IMG/VR virus record: IMGVR_UViG_3300031994_000005
Strand: one strand, 5' to 3'
Source: a virus
Length of the DNA: 64,000 nt
The notes below the pieces were generated by a model. That model made no database searches. It was not told the DNA's origin and saw only the letters and a program-made list of their open reading frames with translations. Below, piece by piece: positions 57,021 through 64,000 of this stretch. The position numbers and the translations under genes were made by a program. Numbering within the stretch: the stretch's first letter is position 1; every line of letters begins with the position of its first letter.

Positions 57021-57740
57021 CTACCTGATGACAATATTCTTGATTGCAATGAATTCATTTTTGAACTTTCTCATATTGTCCCTAACACCCTTAGTATCAA
57101 GTCCCGTAGATTCTCTCAAGAAGAAAAGAATGGCATTCTTATTCAATTTGTTGCTTCCGTCAGTCGTTAAAACATAATCCCAATTTTCCAAAAGGTTTTT
57201 TAGCGCACCGCCAACCTTTATCTCATTTTCCTTTAATGAATACTTCTTCGGATTCTCAAGCATATAACCGATTCTCTTTATTAGAAGTTCCATACTCTCG
57301 GATGCTATTCTCGAACCTCTATCCTGATCACAAGAATATTTAAGGTCATTTGCAATTTCACCGGATACTGTCTCATACAACGGGTTTCTTTCAAGCGTCT
57401 TGGCAAAATTCTGAATCTTGCCTATTAGATAATTCTTGCAAATCGCCCCATAATACGAATATGCCTTGTGTTGCCCCGGTTTGAACTTGTCCATCTTTGT
57501 CATCAGGAACGATGTTGTATCATTGAACGTGTCCCCTGATTCTTCATCGGGCACATACAGTTTATAACGACGGATGATACTTTCTATCATTTTTTCAAAC
57601 GGGTACTTGAGACATTCTTCGAATATCTTATTCTTTTCCTCTCTAGTATCCGCAGACAAATATCTTAAAACTGCTTCCTCTTCTTCTTTTCCAAAATATT
57701 CCTTTTTGTTTTCTTTTGGTTTTCGTCCTCTTTTAGCCAT
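57021..57740 (-). CDS. Putative late-transcription sigma factor (gp55-like)
   Basis: Sigma region-2-like D...FL..K.DKF.P...KAYSYYG.I.KNYL. Confidence 0.6.
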   Translation of the reverse strand: MAKRGRKPKENKKEYFGKEEEEAVLRYLSADTREEKNKIFEECLKYPFEKMIESIIRRYKLYVPDEESGDTFNDTTSFLMTKMDKFKPGQHKAYSYYGAICKNYLIGKIQNFAKTLERNPLYETVSGEIANDLKYSCDQDRGSRIASESMELLIKRIGYMLENPKKYSLKENEIKVGGALKNLLENWDYVLTTDGSNKLNKNAILFFLRESTGLDTKGVRDNMRKFKNEFIAIKNIVIR

Positions 57741-57751
57741 TGGAAGTGGTT

Positions 57752-58540
57752 TTATTCTCCTTCGTATACCTTATTTCTATCTTCTTTAAAGAAATACTCT
57801 TGTTGTGCGGTTTTGATTAACCATTGAACATAATTAGGTGTAACTTCTTTGTTCTTTGTCTCTGAATAACTGTTTTCCCTACCAATTGTATGTCTATATC
57901 CAACCTTTGGAATCACTCTGACAACATATGAGTTGTGACACATTCTAAGTAAGAACTCATACCAAGAGGCAAGCCCTAATGACGGTTTCAGTCCACCCGC
58001 AGTAATGAAATCCTCAGTCTTGATTATGGATCCTGTGACATTAAAATCCATATATGCCTCCAATGCCTCAATATCAATGACACCAAGTTCATTCGAGAAA
58101 GAGTTTGACAAGGCGATTTCATTTGCAAATTGAACCATTTTACCATTGGTATCAACTAATTCGGTCAATGGAATATATACCGATGCAGCACATTCTGTAC
58201 CGATATATTTTGAAACTTCATCAACCCAATATGAATAATATTCATCATCAAATTCTATTACTGAGAAATATGGGGTGACACACTTGTAAACTGCCATATT
58301 TATTTGTGTAAACGGGTCAGTTTCACCGTTGTTTTCAAGAAGTTGGAGATTGCACTTGCACTTTACCTTGTTATAAACCACGTCAGCCTTGCTGATTACG
58401 TTCGACGGTCCGACAATTATAATGCTGTTTTTCTTAGAATCACAGTTTTCCTTAATGCTTACAAGTGACTTTTCAAGATATGTTTCAACTTCAGAATCGA
58501 AAGTGTTTAGTGGTATAATAAATGTTAAATTGTTCTTCAT
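57752..58540 (-). CDS. Glycosyltransferase family 2-like
   Basis: LTFIIP, EFDD, F...GGL...EF.LR, IPK.GY.H. Confidence 0.7.
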   Translation of the reverse strand: MKNNLTFIIPLNTFDSEVETYLEKSLVSIKENCDSKKNSIIIVGPSNVISKADVVYNKVKCKCNLQLLENNGETDPFTQINMAVYKCVTPYFSVIEFDDEYYSYWVDEVSKYIGTECAASVYIPLTELVDTNGKMVQFANEIALSNSFSNELGVIDIEALEAYMDFNVTGSIIKTEDFITAGGLKPSLGLASWYEFLLRMCHNSYVVRVIPKVGYRHTIGRENSYSETKNKEVTPNYVQWLIKTAQQEYFFKEDRNKVYEGE

Positions 58541-58542
58541 TG

Positions 58543-59640
58543 TTAATCATTTTTTTCTTCGTTATTTTTAGCAATTGACAGTGCTTCTGTCAACTCTTTC
58601 TTTCTTTCTTCAAAAATACCTTCGACATATACACGTTTAATATCCTCAATCTGAAGTGCGCTTGTGTAGTTCTTAAGAACCATATCCGCTTCCTTTTGGA
58701 TAACATCAGGTATCGAATTATGGATGTATGAGTCAATAACAGAAGCCAACAAGTCATATGCATCACGGGTATTATAGAACCATAGACCACAATCCCTTAC
58801 CTCGCCGTTGTTTGTCATCCACTCAGGAATGGTTTCAGGTATCTTACCCATAACGATGTCACCACATGCCATTGCCTCTAAAGGTGTATAGCCGAAGTCC
58901 GTCTTATCGTCAACCCATAATGTGATTGCCGCCTCCTGATATGCCTTTACAAGTTCATCCTTAGGAATTCCATTGAAATCCCTGAAACAAACCCACTTAA
59001 ACATCGGGTACTTCCAAAAGAATGGTTTTACTATTGCATTGACATCTCTCTTATTCTTCGAGACAATGTTTACAATCAATTTCTTTGGTGTGTCCGTCTT
59101 CTTGAAAATGTCTGAAATTGATGGTCTGACAATATTTGTCCTGACATGTGGGAATACTTCCTTGATTCTGTCTGAGAGCACATTTGATGTTGTGACACAC
59201 TCATTCACACCATAATTCATCCAAGTTGCACCTGGTTGTGTCATCTCCGTAAGATACTCAAAGTTCTGCAATAATGCAATTCGTTTACAAGGAAGGTCCT
59301 TTGTCTGATACATAACAGAACTGAAAATTTCAGGGATGAAAAGAATATCCGCAGGGGAAATTGCAACGTTGTCCTTTTCAATATTATAGTGTGGGAGGTC
59401 TGCGTACTTGTCACCAAGCCATTCCCTTACACCGACAAATTCCTTTTCGGAATGTAGAATCTGAACATTGTAGCCAAGTTCCTTCAATTGATATGCCGTT
59501 TCATACATATATGTAAGAGAACCGCTTGGCATACCCTGCGTGTCTAAAGTATAAAACAAGACCTTAAACGACTTGTCATCATATTTTTTAAGTTCGTCAC
59601 TTAATTTTCCAATTAATTCGTTATTCTCCATATTATTCAT
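58543..59640 (-). CDS. GT-B glycosyltransferase-like
   Basis: L..LGYNV, DILFIPE, FGYTPLEAMACG. Confidence 0.7.
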   Translation of the reverse strand: MNNMENNELIGKLSDELKKYDDKSFKVLFYTLDTQGMPSGSLTYMYETAYQLKELGYNVQILHSEKEFVGVREWLGDKYADLPHYNIEKDNVAISPADILFIPEIFSSVMYQTKDLPCKRIALLQNFEYLTEMTQPGATWMNYGVNECVTTSNVLSDRIKEVFPHVRTNIVRPSISDIFKKTDTPKKLIVNIVSKNKRDVNAIVKPFFWKYPMFKWVCFRDFNGIPKDELVKAYQEAAITLWVDDKTDFGYTPLEAMACGDIVMGKIPETIPEWMTNNGEVRDCGLWFYNTRDAYDLLASVIDSYIHNSIPDVIQKEADMVLKNYTSALQIEDIKRVYVEGIFEERKKELTEALSIAKNNEEKND

Positions 59641-60007
59641 TCGTTATTTTCTTAATTAGGTTTTTAGCATATAATGTGTTGAAGGCGAAACATACGCCGT
59701 ATGCCGCAGGAATTCCTGACACAGCTTCCTCAGCATTCAAAATGACAATTATCAGCGTTTTTACAAGGTCATATCTGATATTGTCAATCTCAGCACCCAT
59801 TGGTGTTGTGACCTCTTTTACAAGTTTAACCGTCTGTCGTGGTTTAGCTTCACCTTCAGGCATTTCGTATTGGTCGGTTATTTCCTTTTCAATGACATCT
59901 CTGTCCCTTGATTGGCAAACATACTTGAAAATTTCATCAAGGTCAAATGCATATTCACACCCTTCGTATGTGAACGTTGTGTTTTCGTTGTCAAAAATAT
60001 TATCCAT
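59633..60007 (-). CDS. Hypothetical protein
   Basis: 124-aa ORF overlapping its neighbours. Confidence 0.75.
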   Translation of the reverse strand: MDNIFDNENTTFTYEGCEYAFDLDEIFKYVCQSRDRDVIEKEITDQYEMPEGEAKPRQTVKLVKEVTTPMGAEIDNIRYDLVKTLIIVILNAEEAVSGIPAAYGVCFAFNTLYAKNLIKKITNE

Positions 60008-60602
60008 TTTTTATCTTTTTATACCATTCGTTATCGTTAATAAAGTCATACAAACTTTCATATTCAATATCTGCTTCCACGTCCTTATTGTATGGCATCT
60101 TTATTTTAATGCATTTTTTTCCTTCCGGTTTGTTTTCAATAAGATGTGGGTCAGCCGTTATCATCACGTCGCACTTGTCCCATAATGTAAGAGAATCGGA
60201 AGGGAAACAGAATTCCCTGATTCTTGTTGCAATTTTTGAGAGGAAAAAACAGGTGTACCCAATAGAGGCATTGAACTCCATTGGATTACCAAACATTATT
60301 TCAATGTTCTCTTCTATCTCATCATTATCTGGCAATTTAAGACACCAAAGGTTGAAATTCTTGTCTAACATTTTATCCATTACTTCAGCCTCGCCGAATA
60401 TTTCAAACGGATAGTCTTCGTAAAGAAACTTCTGATACTTTTCCTTTGTTTCGAAATGGCATAGGTCACAGTAAGAATTTGTTGTGAAATTTTCCTCTTC
60501 AGGTACCTCGAAATTTGGGTTAATTCCAACTTTCTTAAAGATTTTAAAGAATTGTCTCGATTTTGCCCTTATGACATCATCTAAAGTTACACATATTTTC
60601 AT
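60000..60602 (-). CDS. HAD-fold 5'-nucleotidase-like protein (possibly degenerate)
   Basis: KI...LD.VIR, DV.I..DP, I..PYN; the first catalytic Asp appears replaced by Thr. Confidence 0.55.
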   Translation of the reverse strand: MKICVTLDDVIRAKSRQFFKIFKKVGINPNFEVPEEENFTTNSYCDLCHFETKEKYQKFLYEDYPFEIFGEAEVMDKMLDKNFNLWCLKLPDNDEIEENIEIMFGNPMEFNASIGYTCFFLSKIATRIREFCFPSDSLTLWDKCDVMITADPHLIENKPEGKKCIKIKMPYNKDVEADIEYESLYDFINDNEWYKKIKNG

Positions 60603-60703
60603 AATACACTTTTTTATTAAAAATAAAAAAACAATATTACTAAGTAAATACAATAGGTTTTTTAAGTGTAAAACTATTTATATTAAAAATACGTATTTTA
60701 ATT

Positions 60704-61549
60704 ATGAGTAAGAAAGTAATAAAAATGAACGAGTCAGTTCTTCGTAGTTTAATTAAAGAGTCAATAAGTAGAGTAATCTCTGAAATGGACGAAGGTAAAT
60801 ATTCTAATAATAAGCCATTCTTCCATGGTGGTATTCGTGATGTTAAACCGGGAGAAAAAGCATTTAAACATACAAATCCGGGAGCCGACGAAAAGGCTTT
60901 GGAGAAACATAATGCACGTGTGGACAAGCATCTTCCTGACATGATGGATTCCGATAAGTTGAAAGCAAGAGAAGCACAAATCAAGTCTTCAGAAAGAGGC
61001 GGAATGCCTCGTGAAAACTTCAAAGATACATTAGAAGGAGAACTTAAAAAGAATAAACAAGAGTATAAACAAGTGAGCGAATCAGACCTTCATAGAATTA
61101 TAAAGGAATCTGTAAGTAGGGTGTTGAATGAAGTATCAACTGATACTCTGCATAATGCCTATCAAAAATCACGAAATTTAACAATGGGGATGCCTAATTT
61201 GTCTGATGACCCCAAAATACGAAGAAAATTTAGACAAAAACATGCATTTGCTGACGAATTGGACAAAAGGCATAGTAATGAAATATCTGCAATTGATCCT
61301 GACACAACACAAGGTTATGGGGCAGACTTTTATGAGCATCCCGAACTTAGGAATACAAAGGCATATAAAATGGCCTATGATTATGTAAGTGATTTTGATT
61401 GGTTTGTTAATGGTGATATTGATTTGGATGCGTGGAGTCTTCATGATTTGGCATTAGATGTTGAATCTGATACACGAATACCTTCAAGTATAGCAGAACA
61501 AGCAATAGTTGATTATCTGCGTAATGAATTTGGATATAAAGTATATTAA
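60704..61549 (+). CDS. Hypothetical protein with two leader motifs
   Basis: VIKMNESVLRSLIKESISRVISE and VSESDLHRIIKESVSRVLNE; TATTTAT at 60675. Confidence 0.85.
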   Translation: MSKKVIKMNESVLRSLIKESISRVISEMDEGKYSNNKPFFHGGIRDVKPGEKAFKHTNPGADEKALEKHNARVDKHLPDMMDSDKLKAREAQIKSSERGGMPRENFKDTLEGELKKNKQEYKQVSESDLHRIIKESVSRVLNEVSTDTLHNAYQKSRNLTMGMPNLSDDPKIRRKFRQKHAFADELDKRHSNEISAIDPDTTQGYGADFYEHPELRNTKAYKMAYDYVSDFDWFVNGDIDLDAWSLHDLALDVESDTRIPSSIAEQAIVDYLRNEFGYKVY

Positions 61550-61614
61550 GCGGTCACTAATCCAACTCTAATCTCAGACCACTTACGAACAAGTCCAATT
61601 GACTTTTCAAACAT

Positions 61615-61647
61615 ATGGGCGAATCTATCCGATTCGCCCATTTTTTG
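61615..61647 (+). terminator. Intrinsic terminator
   Basis: Perfect 11-bp stem atgggcgaatc/gattcgcccat followed by a T-run. Confidence 0.7.
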
Positions 61648-61728
61648 TGCCAACTGCTATATCATTATCAAAAAAAAATGCACCGAAATAATCGGTGCAC
61701 CCCATAAAAACATAATAACTATGAACAA

Positions 61729-62967
61729 CTATAAATTTTGTTTGTCGCCGTTGACAATTTTTAGGTAAAAATCCGCTCTATCCTTAGTTACATTTCTCAA
61801 ATCAAATTTGTCTGCAAGTTTTGCAATATTTCCCTGCAATTGCTTTACCAATTCCGGATCATTTGCCAACTTTGTGATGAATTTAACCCACTGTTTATGA
61901 TTCTTTGTCTCATCAACAAGTAATGCGTTACCTTCTGGATTTATTGCACCACCCTTTTCAATTGCATTAATGAGGTCTAATTTATATGGGCCGAAATCTG
62001 AAGCAATAAGCGCTGTTTTCGAGAAACAACATTCAATCACCTTTAACTGTGACTTAACAAGGTTGAAGTCATTTATCTCAAGTGGGGCCAACAATACATC
62101 ACACTCACTATAATGTTCATAATAGTGGTTCATATCCTTTGTCCAACATCTCTTGTAGTGTTCGTTATCAACATTCGGATACTGAAGGTTTGGTATAAAC
62201 ATATGAAGGAAATTCTTATAGTCTTCTGAAACAATTGAATAGTTGTCTGTCATTGCCTTTTCATATCTGTACCATACAGTTTCCTGTGGCTTAAGGTCCC
62301 TTTCCGTTGCTTCTTTAGTTTGGGGGTTGATTATCTTCATCTTTCCTCTAAGGTCAAAGCCACATAGCACAAATTGTATCTTATCCTTTACATCTTTCGG
62401 TAATTTGTTTACAAATGCACCCATAATTCCCATATCATATTCATGTGATGAACCCATAATCATACCGACCCTTAGTTTATCACTCGGTTTCTTGTTAACG
62501 GCAAATCTTGGGTCCGTTGGATCAATTGCATTCGGAATCACAACAACATTTTTATTGTACTTACTGATTTCCTTTGCGAAAATAGGTGTCGTTGTTGTGA
62601 CATAATCAAATATCTTAAGATTGTTTTTAATGATGTCATCAATATGGTATGTCTTCGAGGACACATATTGTGGATGATGTGGACTTAACTTCCAATGGTC
62701 ATCAATATCCATAACTGTGACAATTCCCTTTTCCTTGAAATATCTCATTGCATTGTAGAAAATTGACATATTGGCATATAGAGCCTTGTGTATATGAATC
62801 AATTGGTATTTGTCAAAAGACGGAAGGTTCATCCAATTTGGGTTCATGTCAATGGTTACACTGAATTGGTCAGGAAATTGTTTCTCAAGTTGTAAGTGCG
62901 GCTGTGTTGAACGATAGAAGCCGACGCCTCCGATATTATCGGACGGAACTACTAATATGTTAATCAT
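61729..62967 (-). CDS. GT-B glycosyltransferase-like
   Basis: G.GFYR...P, DIDD.W, VIPNAID, DV.LAPL....FN..KS.LK..E, IASD..PY. Confidence 0.8.
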   Translation of the reverse strand: MINILVVPSDNIGGVGFYRSTQPHLQLEKQFPDQFSVTIDMNPNWMNLPSFDKYQLIHIHKALYANMSIFYNAMRYFKEKGIVTVMDIDDHWKLSPHHPQYVSSKTYHIDDIIKNNLKIFDYVTTTTPIFAKEISKYNKNVVVIPNAIDPTDPRFAVNKKPSDKLRVGMIMGSSHEYDMGIMGAFVNKLPKDVKDKIQFVLCGFDLRGKMKIINPQTKEATERDLKPQETVWYRYEKAMTDNYSIVSEDYKNFLHMFIPNLQYPNVDNEHYKRCWTKDMNHYYEHYSECDVLLAPLEINDFNLVKSQLKVIECCFSKTALIASDFGPYKLDLINAIEKGGAINPEGNALLVDETKNHKQWVKFITKLANDPELVKQLQGNIAKLADKFDLRNVTKDRADFYLKIVNGDKQNL

Positions 62968-63072
62968 ACTTATTAAATGTTTTTTTTTGTTAAAGATAAA
63001 ATGACTAACAATAATAATGAATAGAAAAATAAAAAAAAAATGCGACCATTTCTGACCGCATCTTTTTTTTCC

Positions 63073-63660
63073 TTATTTTGCTGCTTTCTTCTTCAATTTT
63101 AGAACACCTTCGTAAAGATTTCCCTTAGCATCGATGAATTGGAATGTATTACCGTTAATGAATCTCATACCCTTCATTGCCGGTGCAGTTGACTCATTAA
63201 TTGTTTTCATATGTCTTGATACGCTCTCATCAATGATAGCCTTGATGAGACTGTAATCAATACCGTTGCTTGTTGGGATGACTGTTTCTTTCAAAACCTG
63301 TCTCTGCTGTACCTGTTGAACATTCTGTTGTAAATCCTTTGTCAGGGAGTCAAGTCTTGAATTATCACCTGTAAGTGGCGGGGTCTTTATGAATGATTCC
63401 CTCATATACTCAGGAAGCGCATCAACCCCCTTAACACCACCGGTTTGTTCTGATAAAACCTGTACTGGTTGTGTTTGTGTGTCAGTTTGTGCAGCCCCAT
63501 CAAATACTGCTGTTTCCATTGACGCTATGTCTGCATCGGATCCGTTACTTCTTCTACCCGCAAAAGCATTGCCCTTTTGTTCAACGAGCCTATTAAAATT
63601 TTCATCAAGCATTAAACTCTGTGCCTTTGACAGAATATTTGTAAATTTAGCTTCATCCAT
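63073..63660 (-). CDS. Hypothetical protein
   Basis: 195 aa; contains IDYSLIKAIIDESV and LSE/LKE/INE sites. Confidence 0.75.
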   Translation of the reverse strand: MDEAKFTNILSKAQSLMLDENFNRLVEQKGNAFAGRRSNGSDADIASMETAVFDGAAQTDTQTQPVQVLSEQTGGVKGVDALPEYMRESFIKTPPLTGDNSRLDSLTKDLQQNVQQVQQRQVLKETVIPTSNGIDYSLIKAIIDESVSRHMKTINESTAPAMKGMRFINGNTFQFIDAKGNLYEGVLKLKKKAAK

Positions 63661-64000
63661 TTTGTTCTTCCTCTTCCTTATCTATTTCTTCCGTATCAAC
63701 TTCATTGTTGTCTACTTTTGTATTATTGTTCTGAATGTTTTCTTCATCGCCCTTGAATCTTGGTCCGTTTTTCAAAGCATTGGCATAATCAGGTTTTTTG
63801 TCATTCCTAACATCTGCCTCATTGTTGTGACTACCCTTCTTTATTGGTCCAACAGTCTGCTGTTCATTGCCGGTATCAAAATTATTTGCCCTGCTCATAT
63901 CATTTATTGATGAACGGTTTCCTTTGGACATATCTTTTACATTTGTATTTTGCCAATCGTCGGAATTCTTCTTTATGTAATCAAACTTCATTTTATCGAT
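63653..64000 (-). CDS. Hypothetical protein, probably 5'-truncated by the window edge
   Basis: Frame is open to the end of the window. Confidence 0.6.
   Translation of the reverse strand: MDKMKFDYIKKNSDDWQNTNVKDMSKGNRSSINDMSRANNFDTGNEQQTVGPIKKGSHNNEADVRNDKKPDYANALKNGPRFKGDEENIQNNNTKVDNNEVDTEEIDKEEEEQNG

Noticed and set aside
61546..61668. Minus-strand mini-ORF (MGESDRFAHMFEKSIG...)
   Set aside because: Overlaps a perfect terminator hairpin and lies downstream of the minus-strand terminator; no coding evidence
1..64000. TAG-to-Gln recoding as in Lak megaphages
   Set aside because: Conserved genes are full length in code 11 and TAG ends several genes at natural positions (e.g. capsid 37280, 41146, 57021)
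1..64000. tRNA/rRNA genes, introns, inteins, reverse transcriptase
   Set aside because: No cloverleaf signatures, split conserved genes, intein or RT motifs seen by eye; tRNAscan-SE and Infernal would be needed to exclude them formally

Overview
AT-rich 64-kb segment of a large myovirus-type (jumbo/mega) phage with T4-like head morphogenesis genes: prohead protease, scaffold, gp23-like major capsid, gp17-like terminase, gp13-like neck, gp20-like portal, a gp5-like baseplate hub and a gp55-like late sigma factor. It reads cleanly in the standard code. Consensus TTTG-N20-TAnnTTTG promoters point to a Bacteroidota (probably Bacteroidales/Prevotella-like) host. Auxiliary genes include ClpC- and ClpX-like ATPases, a UvrD-like helicase, IF-1, a minimal MetK and about nine sugar-pathway/glycosyltransferase genes. 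Most notable: (1) the first 2.9 kb is an array of short GC-rich non-coding cores flanked by inverted, promoter-like 40-bp repeats, one core being inverted relative to its siblings, and it abuts a G-quadruplex-like tract and iteron-like repeats; (2) about 15 unrelated proteins share a portable 'I-x-L-[TN]-E-x2-L-x2-II-x-E-S...L-x-E' leader resembling prohead-protease cleavage sites, attached to ART-, InPase-, receiver-, GNAT- and AEP-like domains, suggesting a head-packaged effector cargo system; (3) a probable programmed -1 frameshift at 24241-24256; (4) a TATTTAT late-promoter motif upstream of 18 genes. All product calls come from motifs recognised by eye; no database searches were run.
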